A stretch of 64,000 bases of DNA from Octopus sinensis (GCF_006345805.1 NC_043009.1:18042001-18106000), one strand, 5' to 3'; positions 12,432-25,200 are shown, counted from the stretch's first letter. A program made the numbers and translations. The notes: generated by a model not told the origin, from the sequence alone.

Positions 12432-12772
12432 ATAAAGCATTTTTAGAGAGTTATAGCCAAAAAAATAGCAAAAAATGCATCAAAAATGGAAAAAAAATTA
12501 TGGTAAATTTTTTTTTAAATTGTTGACTCATCGTAGACATTTTTAGAGAGTTACTTCCCTTATATAATAGCGAAAAAATGCATTAAAATGGAAAAAAATG
12601 ATGGTAAATTTTTTTTAAATCGTAGACGCGCGCTAATACCCAGAAGGGCTCAATATGAATCACGACTATAAGATACCCGGTTTTGGTTAAACTGCACCGC
12701 AAAATGTGGGAGTAGTTAGGAATCTAAATCGTAAGAGACAGACACACAACTTGACTTTTATATATAAAGATA
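12432..12772 (-). mobile_element. Helitron-like non-autonomous fragment with an internal duplication
   Basis: The minus strand begins tctttatatataaaagtcaagttgtgtgtctgtc, similar to the 5' end at 7930; internal direct repeat of about 100-120 bp (atttttagagagtta...atggtaaattttttt). Confidence 0.5.
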
Positions 12773-13366
12773 TCTACATATATATATATCTACATATATC
12801 TACATATATAATATATATCTACACATATCCTAGTTAAGGACCATATTCATGTGAATTCATTAGAATTCACTTGAATCTCAATTATATATACATATATATA
12901 TATATCTACATATATATATATCTACACATATATCTACACACATATATATCTACATATATATATCTACACACACATATATGTATATATATATATATACACA
13001 CACACACCCACATATATATATATATATACACACATATAAACAACACATATGCATATTGTATTACCAATTTTGACCTACATAAAATACCAAGTTATATCTA
13101 ATTTGCATTGCGAGAGCAAATGGTTTATCGAAAGCGTATCTTGTTAAATGCTTGAAATGCGAGAGTAGTAAAACAGCCAACAACTGATGAAGGGATGTTG
13201 TTTGTGTCGTTTGTCTTATCTTCCATTTGTGTCATTCATTGTTCGAAAAAATAGTTCATACTCCATATATTTTTGTTGTACACATTTCATGACATCCTGT
13301 GCCCACTACATATATATATATATTTGTATAGATGTAAGTATGTATATATACCTACATATATATGCA

Positions 13367-13405
<39 letters not shown>

Positions 13406-13434
13406 AAGAAAAAAGCAACAAAAATTTATCAATA

Positions 13435-13524
13435 TTTCGGTACAATTGTTTCGTACGAAGACCACCTTTATTAAGGCTGCAAATATTGCAGCAAATACAT
13501 GTGACCCGTACTCATCAGCCGAAA
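13435..13524 (-). ncRNA. Type I hammerhead ribozyme, fully canonical core
   Basis: UUUCGG-CUGAUGA-GUAC...GUAC-GAAA-C-AAUU-GUA/CCGAAA: perfect 6-bp stem I, 4-bp stem II and palindromic ACAAUUGU stem III. Predicted cleavage lies between 13441 and 13440. Confidence 0.88.
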
Positions 13525-13948
13525 AAACATATTTTCCTCTCAGTTACCCCATTATACCCTATATGAGTGACTGTCTCTACGCTCCACTAAATTTCCTTCG
13601 ACAAATTCTAACATAGCAGTTTTGAGAAATGATCAGAAATGCAACCAGCATACCATCATACATCAAGAAACCCACTTTATTATGGACTAATTATGGATAA
13701 ATACATCGTCTGTGAGTATGAAATCTCTCCTCATATCTCCAGAATTCAAACCTACTTCATTATGGATGGAGTTACATTTTCATTTTCTGTGAAACTAAGA
13801 GGTTTTTTAAAAACCTGTTATATGACTGTACAACATTAAAGAACTTTGGAAATCCGTTTATTATCTAAATCTGATTTTTATAGAACTATCCCTGATGTTT
13901 CAGGAGTGTAGCCTCACCCCCTTAGATGTTTTGAGAACTCAGATGTTT

Positions 13949-14007
13949 TTTCGGCTGATGAGTACAGGTCACGTGCATTTGCTTCGTACGAAACAACTGT
14001 ACCAAAA
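13949..14007 (+). ncRNA. Hammerhead motif, inverted partner copy with two substitutions
   Basis: CUGAUGA at 13955-13961, GUAC/GUAC, and GAAAC-AACU-GUA/CCAAAA; one stem I mismatch and a broken stem III palindrome. Confidence 0.78.
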
Positions 14008-14179
14008 TATTGATCCATTTTTGTTGCTTTTTTCTTGTTTATAATCACCCCGCATTATCTTATGGTTAACACCATATAGATTTCTGGTGCATCTAAGTTA
14101 AGTACCGCATTCATGTGAATTCAACAGAACTCACTTGAATCTTAATAGCTTTTACTGTATGTATATATATATATATATA

Positions 14180-14370
14180 GTTAATCCAAACAAGAAAGCA
14201 CAAAAAAACACTATGTGAGGATGTGGAACAAATATAGTATTATTGGACGCTCAGGAAAGCAGGAGGGTTTAACGTTTCGAGCGGAGCTCTTCGTCGGAAA
14301 CATAGGAGAAGGAAAGATCCAGAGAAGGGAAGACAGGGGAAAAAAAAAATCGCCAACGGTACACACGCGG
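14180..14370 (-). mobile_element. Solo PLE pLTR with a short hammerhead variant at 14267-14301
   Basis: Minus strand GUUU-CCGACGA-A-GAGC-UCC-GCUC-GAAA-CG-UU/AAAC; homologous to 35350-35550 and, at the 3' end, to 9650-9730. Confidence 0.75.
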
Positions 14371-14908
14371 ATATATATACACACATATATAGACATACAT
14401 ATACCGCTGTTGGTACGTGAACACAGCAACAAGTGATTTTGGGGGTCAAATACAAACAATCACACACACGTGTGTGTGTGTGTGTCTTTGTGTATATAAT
14501 TTATATGACTGGCTTCTTTCAGTTTCAGTTGACCAAATGCACTCGCAAGTCTTTGGTTAGCCCAAGAATGCTACATAATGGGACTCAACATGGCACCCTG
14601 CAAACAAACACCTTACCACACAGCAACACTCCTTCATACACACACACCTGTGGGAGTGTATACATATATATTAAAGCATATGCAATATACTGTGCAGCTG
14701 AACCTTGTTTCACCTGTCCCAAGTTTCAGAAATTTCTAATGCAAATTTCTACATATATGCTTCAGGTAGTGTAGATCAGTTCCTCTCAGAATCCACAGCT
14801 TTTCATTTTCTCTAATGTGCCAGGGACTGGTAGTATTTCTTAGTAATATTAATTTATACCATAATCAATATATAAAATGAATATATTAAAAGTCGAAATT
14901 TTTTTTAT

Positions 14909-15120
14909 TCTTTTACTTGTTTCTGTCATTTGACTGTGGCCATGCTAGAGCACTGGCTTTAGTCAATCAAATCGACCCCAGGACTTATCCTTTATAAGCC
15001 TAGTATTTATTCTATCAGTCTCTTTTGCCAAACTGCTATGTTATGGGGACGTAAACACAACAGCTTCGGTTGTCAAGCGATGTGGGGGGGGGGGGAGACA
15101 AACACAGACACACAAACATA
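14909..15120 (-). mobile_element. SINE family A, 3' half
   Basis: cttttacttgtttctgtcatttgactgtggccatgc...ttgtcaagcga; matches the 3' part of 10367-10754. Confidence 0.85.
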
Positions 15121-15310
15121 TATATATTTTGGATGATATCAATTACAAGTATATCAGAATTTAGGGTGAAAAAAAATGGGTGCAAGGACTATTATTTCAT
15201 ACACCTTGCTTGTGTGTTTCCAATAGAATACAATTCTGGGGTTTGTTAATGAATATTTTTTAATATTTTCCAGAGATATCGACATAATTTGAAAAAAAAA
15301 AAATAGAAGG

Positions 15311-16065
15311 TAAATTTGGGTTAATTTAAAGATCTTCGCCCATTAACAAAAGCAAAAAAAAAAAAAAAAAACAGCCTGCTGAATTTTTAAAATTGTATAG
15401 AAAACGAATATGACAAAAAAAATGCGCAAACGAACCAGGGGAGGTGGGGAGAGGGCTTTCGGAAAATTCACAAGATCCAAAACAGATATACATTGATTTT
15501 CTTTTACGGAATCCCAGGTATTTGGCTATGGAGGATCCGATTCTGAAAAACCATTTTCAAAATTTCTTTTTCGTGACATGGCGCTGCCGGGATCCTTTTA
15601 CTCTTTCACTATGACGCATGCAGAAACAGACAAAACCATTCATTTTCACTTTTAAACAGCGGGATGGCGGGGAGAATTTTAGTTCGGAGTTTTTCATTAA
15701 AAATTTGAAACCAAAATTTGAATTTGTGTTTATTTTTTCCATATTTTTAATCTCCGTATTTTCCCAAGTAGACTGATTGAAAAAAAATTCGAAAAAGTTC
15801 TTTAAAAAATTTTGAAAAACCGACTTTTGAAAATTGTTTTTCAGAATCGGATCCTCCATAACCAAAAAACGTGGGATTCCGTAAAAAAAAAAATCAATAT
15901 ATATCCATTTTTCCGAAAGTTATGACGGAAAAATCGGATCTTGTGAATTTTCCGAAAGTCCTCTCCCCACCTCCCCAGGTTCGTTTGCGCAATTTTTTTG
16001 TCATATTCGTGTTTTGTTTTTGTTTTTTGGTAAACGGGTGAAGATCTTTATATCAACCTAAATTT
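15311..16065. mobile_element. MITE/foldback-like element with about 250-bp imperfect terminal inverted repeats (TIRs)
   Basis: 15311-15560 mirrors 15826-16065 (tgcgcaaacgaaccaggggag...ggaggatccgattctgaaaaa); no ORF. Confidence 0.8.
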
Positions 16066-17199
16066 GTTGGTATGACTTTTGTTTGCTAGAGGCCTTAGAA
16101 TATATCCACGTGATCCCTGCTATTTCTAGTACACTAAACAACCACGTAGAGGACGAGCTACCTTCTGGAAAAGGCGTTTCAGAACAAATTCGGCTATAAT
16201 TATAAACTACACCATCTAAAACGTATTTGTAGTAACATTTTCTTGAAAGAATATCAATTTTTCAGAAGATTATGAGGAAACAAATCGAGGGGACAGACTT
16301 CAGTAGTTATGCGCATATCAAATAGATACACACACGAATGTCTTTTATATTTTCTTTATTATTAGACTACAACCATACTGAGGCACCACCTTGAGGAATT
16401 TTAGTCAAATGAATCGATCTCACTACTTATTTTCTTTTTTTTATATAACATAAACACACACACACATATATATATATATACCAGAAGATCCTGTGCGCCC
16501 ACATGTGAAACTTAGGAGTAACAAGAGAGTGACTCCGCGAAAATAAAATATTTATCGCAACCACAGTATTGAGTACTCTCCTTCATAAACATATATATGT
16601 ATATAACATTTCAAAATATCACTGGTGTTCTTGAAGAACAAACAATTGCAACTTGTTAGCTTGAAAAAATATAAACGATTCAGTCGGAGATTTTTATCGC
16701 TTTAGTGAACTTTGATTATAAAATAAAATGCGTTACTAATTGAAGGCGCAGTAACTAATAGTTGCAATGTGTCTATTAGAATATAGACACGATGATTATA
16801 TGAGATATAAGTTTGGAACTTCTTAATTAGTAGTAGAAAACAGGGATAGAAAATGGTCATAGAAGCCAACTCAAAGTAAGTAATTCTTAAGAAGCACGAG
16901 GTCCGTGTAGGTCATGGATACAAAGTAAATGAAAACAATCAATGCACCACGAGGGGATCAAAGTTCATTCGAAGTTGACCAGCATTTTATATACATACAT
17001 ACATACATATATATATATATTGTCCGGTTGAGGAATGATACACACAAAATTTCATTTTAAATTTTTAGTCCACTTTATCATAATCTTCATCTAAAATGTT
17101 TATAAAATTTCATTACAAACTATACACACTTCTCTGGTTATGTGCTTACATGCATATACGTGTGTGCGTATACAAATGTGTTTAGACATACATCTATAA

Positions 17200-18203
17200 A
17201 TACATATGTGTATACATGAGTTTATATATATATGTACACATGTATGTATATATATGTATATGTACACATGTATATATATATATATATATATGTACACATG
17301 TATGTATATATATATATATATGTACACATGTATGTATATATATATATATATGTACACATGTATGTATATATATATATATATGTACACATGTATGTATATA
17401 TATATATATATATGTACACATGTATGTATATATATATATGTACACATGTATGTATATATATATATATATATATATGTAACATGTATGTATATATATATAT
17501 ATATATATATAATATGTACACATGTATGTATATATATGTATATGTACACATGTATGTATATATATGTATATGTACACATGTATGTATATATATGTATATG
17601 TACACATGTATGTATATATATGTATATGTACACATGTATGTATATATATGTATATGTACACATGTATGTATATATATGTACACATGTATGTATATATATA
17701 TATGTACACATGTATGTATATATATATATATGTACATATGTATGTATATATATGTACACATGTATGTATATATATATGTACACATGTATGTATATATATT
17801 TACACATACACACACATATATATATTTACACACACACACACATATTTACACACACACATATTTACACACACACACACACACCATATACATATATTTACAC
17901 ACACACACACATATATATATATATTTACACACACACACACATATATATATATATTTACACACACACACACATATATATATTTACACACACATATATATAT
18001 TTACACACACATATATATATATATATATTTACACACCACACACACACATATATATATTTACACACATATATTTACACACACACACACACATATATATATA
18101 TATTTACACACACACACATATATATGTATTTACACACACACACATTATATATGTATTTACACACACACACACACATTATATATATATTTACACACACACA
18201 CAT

Positions 18204-18238
<35 letters not shown>

Positions 18239-18260
18239 AGAAAGAGAGAGAGAGAGAGTT
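17200..18260. repeat. Compound minisatellite (tgtacacatgtatgtata...) grading into (ttt acacacac atatata) and (GA)n
   Basis: Direct inspection. Confidence 0.97.
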
Positions 18261-19053
18261 TTAATTATCAGTGAATAAACATTTAAAAATATAAAATGTG
18301 AAAAAAAAAAATCCACGTGAGGCGGTAAAGAGAATAAAAAATAGCTTAAAAGTTTTAAAATGACGAATTAGTCGCTCATTCAAAATATTTCTCTCCGAAA
18401 GCTGCCGTTGAACAGAAAAAAACCCAATAAGAACCAATATTGGTCGATTGAAGCACAAAAAGTGAAGCGCAAGGGGAGTTGAATATAAACTTTGTATAAA
18501 TGCAAAACTATTAATAAGTGTTTCATGTTTAGCATAATATATAAATGTGTGTATAAAGTAATCAAAGTCGAATAAAGTTTTAAAGTTCAAGAAAATTAAT
18601 TACAAAATAGAAATAAATGAAAGAAAGAATAAAGAAAGATAAAATAAATGAATATTTGTAAATGTAGAAAAGTATAAACATGTTCAGATGTATGAAGTGT
18701 GTAATATATACTGGCCACAGTCAAATAAGACTGAAACAAATAAAAGATTTTATACATACATATATATATATAAGTATATATATATTTTATATATATCGTT
18801 AAAGGCATGAAACTAGGTATTAGTATTTTTCGGTCGATAATTGATGAATATTAGGGTTCTGGTGTCTATCCTACGTGTAGTATTTAATACATTTTTCATT
18901 ATATACATAAATATATATATAGATATAATTTATATATAGATATAATTTATATATATATATATATATATATACACGCACGCACACACACACACACATGTAT
19001 GTATGTATAGGGTTGAACATGTAGAAAGGAAAGCAGCGAGTGTGTTGACTTAC

Positions 19054-19250
19054 CGTCGGTGCCAGATGGAGTGATTGGTTGCGAGCCGGAGATGTCGTCA
19101 GAGACAAATATCCGGGATGGAATGTGTGCTAATACCCAGCGGAAACTCAAACCGGATGAGCAAGTAGCGGTCCGCCATCATTTCCATAGAGTAGCGCGCG
19201 AGGCCCGGATGGAGGACGGCCAGCCGTGCCGCACACACCCACACATACCT
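19054..19250 (-). other. Candidate CpG-rich 5' exon of a minus-strand transcript
   Basis: Non-repetitive, CpG-rich stretch ending in a strong donor (GACG|GTAAGT, intron starting at 19053). The only ATG ORF (MEMMADRYLLIRFEFPLGISTHSIPDICL*) stops before the donor. Confidence 0.3.
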
Positions 19251-19335
19251 CACATAACGCAGATAGAGAGAGAGACAAGGAGGGCGGCGTTAGGTGGGGG
19301 AGGTGCCTTAATGGGATGAATGGAAAGGAGGGCGG

Positions 19336-19368
<33 letters not shown>

Positions 19369-19942
19369 GAGTGGGAGTGGGTGGGGTGTAGGGAAGTTAG
19401 CGGCTACTTGGCAGCAACAGCTTCATGTTTGGTGACTATGATGATGATGAAGAAGACAGTGTTGTTGGAGACAGTAACGATGGTAGTTAGGGTGACGGAA
19501 GGGTGTGGGAAGAGGAACGTAAACGAACCAGCAATGCAAATTAGTTGTCACTCCTTTACATAAAACTCACAAGTCTTTCCACCTCCTCTCTTTCTCTTTC
19601 TCTCTACCTCTCTCTCTCTCTTACTTTCCTTTTCACACTTTCTTTTCTTATTTACCCAATTCCTCGCTTCCTCTCTTTTTCTTCTCACTCATTCTCTATT
19701 ATTTTTCATTCTCTGTGTCTTTAACAACTATTTTTTACTGCTGACTTTCTATCTCTTTCAATTCATTTTAACTTTACTTTCATTCTTTAATGCTCTGCTT
19801 TCATGTGATTTTTAAAAATTCTTTTCTTTCTTGATCTGTCCTCTTCTTTTTTACGCCCTACTTCACTCACGGATTGACGATAAATTCTGATCAATATACA
19901 GTTTACGGCCCGGTCACGGAAAATAATAACAACAAAAAAACC

Positions 19943-20680
19943 TACTAGGTGTGAAAAAATGTGTAGCGAAAGAATATGAAAACAAAAATTTGCGCAAACG
20001 AACGGGGAGGACTTTCGAAACATTCAGAAGATTCGATTTTTCTCTCATAACTTTCAGGAAAATGGATTTATATCTATTGATAAAATTTTAGAGATATCGT
20101 TTAAATGGCACAGGTTACGATTATAAAGAAATTTCTGGTGAGAATGTTTTCCGAAGGTGAGGATTTCGGAAAAATTACACGATCCGATTTTTAACCTCTT
20201 AACTTTCAGGAAAATGGATATCTTTTGATGAAATTTTACAGAAACACCTTTCAAACAGCATAGATTACGATTATGAAGAAATTTGTAGGGAAAATGTTTT
20301 CCGAAGGAGTGAGGAGAGGATGGTCAGAAAGTTCATACGATCCGTTTTTTCCCTCATAACTTTCAGGATCTAGTTTAGTACCCGGTCTCCAAAATGAAAA
20401 AAAAAAAGTGTAAAAAAAAAAACACGTGTAGAAAATGAATGGGAAAACAATGTTTTCCCTGAAAGTTATGAGGAAAAAAAATCGGATCGTTTGAATTTTC
20501 CAAAAGTCCTCCCCTCCCCCCATCCCCGTTTGTTTGCGCAAATTTTTGTTTTGATATTCATTTCCTACACGTTTTTCCCTTGCACCTAGTAGCAAATCTC
20601 ATCATAATCGTAATCTTTGCCGCTTGAAAGGTGTTTCAGTAAAATTTCATCAAAAGATGTCCATTTTCCTGAAAGTTATA
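19943..20680. mobile_element. MITE-like element, same family as 15311-16065, with internal ~155-bp tandem units
   Basis: TIR tactaggtg...tttgcgcaaacgaacgggg / ccccgtttgtttgcgcaaa...cacctagta (19943-20591); ctttcagga recurs at 20051, 20203 and 20360; an extra inverted unit lies at 20596-20680. Confidence 0.8.
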
Positions 20681-21930
20681 CTCTTTACTCTCTTTACTCT
20701 TTTACTTGTTTCAGTCATTTGACTGTGGCCATGCTGGAGCACCGCCTTTAGTCGATCAAAATCGACCCCGGAACTTATTCTTTGTAAGCCCAGTACTTAT
20801 TCTATCGGTCTCTTTTGCCGAACCGCTAAGTGGCGGGGACATAAACACACCAGCATCGGTTGTCAAGCAATGCTAGGGGGACAAACACAGACACACAAAC
20901 ACACACACACACACACATATATATACATATATACGACGGGCTTCTTTCAGTTTCCGTCTACCAAATCCTCTCACAAGGCTTTGGTCGGCCAGAGGTTATG
21001 AGAGGGAAAAAAACGGATCGTGTAAATTTTCTGAAACCCCACCCCCACCTCTTCGGAAAACATTTTCCCCAGAAATTTCTTTGTAATCGTAATTTTTACC
21101 ATTTGAACGGTTTTCTACACAGACTGCGGCTATGCTGGGGCACTGTCTTCAAGAATTTTTTAGTCGAATCAATCGACCCAGTGTATTTTATTAAAGTCTG
21201 GTACTTACTTTATTCGTCTTTTGGCTGAATCGCAAAGTTATAGGGACATAAGCACACCACCACCGGTTGTCAATGGGTGATGGGGACAGACACACATACA
21301 TACATACATACGCACATACACACACATATACATACATACATACATATATACATATATATGTATCTATGTATATATTCTTTTACTTGTTTCAGTCATTTGA
21401 CTGCGGCCATGCTGGAGCACCGCCTAGAAATCGACCCCTAGACTTATTCTTTGTAAGCCTAGTACTTATCATATCGGTCTCTTTTGCCGAACCGCTAAGT
21501 TACGGGGACGTAAACACACCAGCATCGGTTGTCAAGCGATTGGGGAGAGAACAAATACACACACACACACACACAGATATACAAATATACGACGGGCTTC
21601 TTTCAGTTTCCGTCTACCAAATCCACTCACAAGGCTTTGGTCGGCCAGAGGTTATGGTACAAGACACCTGTCGAAGGTGCCAACCCGGGACCATGTGGTT
21701 GGGAAGGAAGCTTCTTACCACACAGCCACGCCTGCGCCTCTTTTACTTGTTTCGGTCATTTGACTGCGACCATGCTGGAGCACCGCCTTTAGTCGAACAA
21801 ATCAATCCCAGGACTTATTCTTTGTAAGCCTAGTACTTATTCTATCAGTCTCTTTTGCAGAACCGCTAAGTTACGGGGACGTAAACACACCAACATCGGT
21901 TGTCCAGCGATAGTGTGGGGACAAACACAC
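20680..21930 (-). mobile_element. Cluster of four co-oriented SINE-A pieces, including one full copy at about 21376-21738
   Basis: Repeated cttttacttgtttcagtcatttgactg tails and gaaccgctaag cores at about 20700, 21130, 21376 and 21740. Confidence 0.88.
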
Positions 21931-21969
21931 ACACATACATGTATATATATATATGTGTGTGTGTGTGTA

Positions 21970-22430
21970 TTAGTATCAGGTCACTTTCGAGTGCTACTGG
22001 TAACATGTAACCCAGTACGACCTATTGCATTGTCGGGTCGTCGGCGACTAAACCGGCAACCCCACCAAGCTTGCTTGGTGAGGAAGGTGTTTATTGGACA
22101 CCCTGCGGGATGAAAAACAAAACCCGTCAAAGAGCGGAGGAACTCTTGAGAGTCAACGGCCATCCAATAAATCTCTTAAGATGCGCGGGGATATAGAAAT
22201 AATTGGACTGAATACCCGATTACGCGGTTAGACCATTGGGAGTGAAGGACTCCTAGCTTTGTTAGGGCATCCTTCTAGGAGAAGGTAACTCAGGTAACTG
22301 GGATAACTCCGACATAAAACCTGCGGCTCAGTGGTTACCGATGATGTTGACTTGTTCTTCTTTTCGGATTATGGCTGCTGTTGCTTAGTGAGTGGAATTG
22401 ACTCAGTGCACAGCCTTTCCTCACTTAAAA
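21970..22430 (+). mobile_element. 5' UTR region of an RTE-type LINE (structured, non-coding)
   Basis: Contains gttagggcatccttctaggagaaggtaactc, resembling the recurrent RTE 5' UTR motif, plus multiple hairpins (caccaagc-tt-gcttggtg; aagag...ctctt). Confidence 0.6.
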
Positions 22431-22518
22431 AAAATCTTCTTGCACAGGCATTGCACGATAACAACATTGATTAAGCTTTGTGTAATGGCCATACTCGATA
22501 ACGAAGGGGCAGCCACCA

Positions 22519-22590
<72 letters not shown>

Positions 22591-22594
<4 letters not shown>

Positions 22595-23700
22595 GTTGTT
22601 TCACTTGAAATATCGCATTTTTATTTAATTATTTGTTATTTCAGTCATTTATGCATTTAATCTCGACTCTTTTTCTTTCCCAACAATATTGGTGTAGAAA
22701 ATTCGTACGCACAGACCTTATGAAAATGATAACAACCAAACTATGTTGAGTTTTTTTCTCGTATGAATACAAACTGGGTCACTCTGCCGCAGAAGCTCTT
22801 CGGAATATCAAGCGAGCCTTTGGTAATAGTTTTGTTGACATCAGAATTGTTCAGAGATGGTTCCAAAGCTCTCGTTCAGGAAATGATAGCCTTGAAAATA
22901 AACCAAATGGTAGGCTAAAATCAATTATTCGGCATGATGGATTAAATGCTTTGGTTGAACAAAATCCGAGAACATAGGTTCGAAAACTTTCATTAGAACT
23001 TCAAACATACCATACAACTGTTTTTGGACACTGTAAAAAATTGGAAAAGTCAAGAAGACAGATAGGTTTGTTCCACATCAACAGAACGAGATTTAAAAAA
23101 AACCGACGCCTCGAGTGTGCTCCTTATTGCTTCCTCAACTGGAAAAAGACCTTTTTTGCATCAAATCCTTACTTGTGACAATAGCAGGAGAACAGGACAG
23201 TGATTAGATGCAGGAGAGTCACCTAAAGACTACCCAAACCCACCATTGCACCCTAAAAAGTTAGTGGCCACTGTATGGTGGTCTGCGAAAGGAGTTATTT
23301 ATTATTCATTTTTGCAACAAGGCAAAACGGTAACAGCAACATCGTATTGCCAGGAAATTGATTGTATGCATGAGAATTTGAAAAAGAAGCAACCCAGACT
23401 AGTGAATAGAGATGACCCAATTTTGCTCCACGACAATGCACGTCCTCACACTCCTCAAGCTACGGTCCAAAACTAGCAAAGCCTGAATTATGAGATTCCA
23501 CTGATATCTCTCCTACTGACCATCGCTTATTTAAGCATTTTGAGCTTTTCATAAGCAATAAAACATTCCTAAATAGAGAAGAGGTAATTGAAGCACTCGG
23601 ACAGTTTACCACAACAAAAGATGTTTTTTTTAAGATGGAATATATGACATAGAGAAACGTTGGGTAAACGTCATAAATGAACATGGATCACATTTAAATA
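22591..23700 (+). mobile_element. Mariner element, degenerate (Hsmar1/cecropia-like)
   Basis: Left end TA|ttaggttgtttcacttgaaatatcgc; transposase motifs HPKKLVATVWWSAKGVIYY, ILLHDNARPHT and DISPTDHRLFKHF; stops and frameshifts; right TIR not seen. Confidence 0.92.
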
Positions 23701-23736
23701 AATATAGCTCTCTAACACTTCTGGAACATTTCTAAA

Positions 23737-23894
23737 TATACGACGGGCTTCTTTCAGTTTCCTTCTACCAAATCCTCTCACAATGCTCTGGTCGGCCTGA
23801 GGCTATAGTAGAAGACATTTACCCAAGGTACCACGCAGTGGGACTGAACCAGGAACCATGTGGTTGGGAAGCAAGCTTCTTACCACACAGCCAC
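23737..23894 (-). mobile_element. SINE family A, 5' half
   Basis: tatacgacgggcttctttcag...ttaccacacagccac. Confidence 0.88.
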
Positions 23895-23989
23895 ATGTGT
23901 ATGTGTCTGTCTGTTTGTCTGTCTGTTGCAAAATCCTACTTCCGTACCTCAAAGCGGTGCAATAGTGGCAATGGTTGTTCGGTAGCTTA

Positions 23990-25200
23990 TGAGACATTAG
24001 TAATCCGGGACAAAGGAGACCGCACTACTGTCTTTACAGAATTATTACGGAAGCGAACACGTAGTCTATTCGCTAAAGGGTGGAAGCCAGCTGAACTGAA
24101 GAGGTTATAAATTCCCTTCTCGCCTAACCAGCGGGTAACTTTATCTTGAAAGCTGAAATAATACGAGGAAAAGGGCCTGAGTATCCTGCAGATCAATCCG
24201 AGCAACCAAAGTGTTGAAATGCAATACATCAAACTACTCAGAGATGCGAACTCTGGGTGGACAACAAATATAGGTCTGCTATCACCACCAGTAAGGGTCT
24301 CAAATGAGAAGGGTGTCAAGCAAGGAGATTTCACTCCAACGCTCTTAACCATATATCTTGAAATAGTCATCAAAGCCACTGACTAGACAGATAACATGAA
24401 CATGGCGAGCAACTAGGACACTGCTGATTCGCAGATGACATTGTACTTATTGTTAAAGCCACAGATCAGCTGCAGACTATGCTGAAAGAGCTGGACACAG
24501 TTTAGCAGTAGGTCTTAGAATGAACCTCATGGAAACAAAATATATATGGTCGAAAGTAGTAGCACAAGGCCGAATAGAGGTGGGAAGCGATGAAACTGAG
24601 GAGGTGAAGGAATACGTCTACTTTGGGCATCAAGTGAATACGCGCCGAGATAGAGATGCTGAGATCTCGAGAAGAGTAAAGGCAAGATGGAAGACATTTA
24701 ACTCAATAAAAGATGTGCTCGAAACAAAGCCAGGCAGTACCATAAATGCCAGACTTCTTCAGCAGTATTGTACTACCTGCGCTCTTATACGCAAATGAGA
24801 TGTGGGCTACTACGAAGAGGATAGAACATCAATTGGTTAGGACGCAAAGGGCCATGGAAAGATCCATACTAGGAACATCATTACAAGGGCATATTCGAAA
24901 TTGGATAATTCGAGAACGGAGCAGCGTGAACGATGTGATCACAGAGTATCGAAAGCACAAGTTCCGCTGGGCTGGACATGTCACGAGGTTCAGACAACAG
25001 GTGGATGCGGGCAGTTTCTGAATAGAATCCAAGAGATCGTAAAAGCCACTTGGAAGGCCTCCACGACGATGGGGAGACAATTTAGTCAAGCTATTTAGAT
25101 CAAGATGGGAAAGAATAGTGTAATTAAAACAAAATTGGAATCGCACCGTGACCAGTGGTGTATAACAGCATCTGGTGGTGTAGTCGATACAATGATACAT
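23990..25200 (+). mobile_element. Degenerate RTE LINE RT/3' region, distinct from the 3-7 kb family
   Basis: KGVKQGD, FADDIV, EEVKEYVYFGHQVN, VLPALLYANEMW, KFRWAGHV. Confidence 0.88.

Larger units (their letters stand above)
13402..14150. mobile_element. PLE remnant with inverted pLTRs (13402-13530 minus, 13940-14150 plus)
   Basis: aacaagaaaaaagcaacaaaaat...ctcatcagccgaaaaaacat is mirrored by atgttttttcggctgatgag...ttttgttgcttttttcttgttt; both arms carry hammerheads. Confidence 0.8.

Noticed and set aside
8710-18278. Long ORFs of 230-366 aa rich in Y/I/H/T/C/V (for example 8751-9686, 11346-12446, 17206-18264)
   Set aside because: These are translations of TA/CA/TG microsatellites, which lack stop codons in several frames and on both strands; they are not genes.
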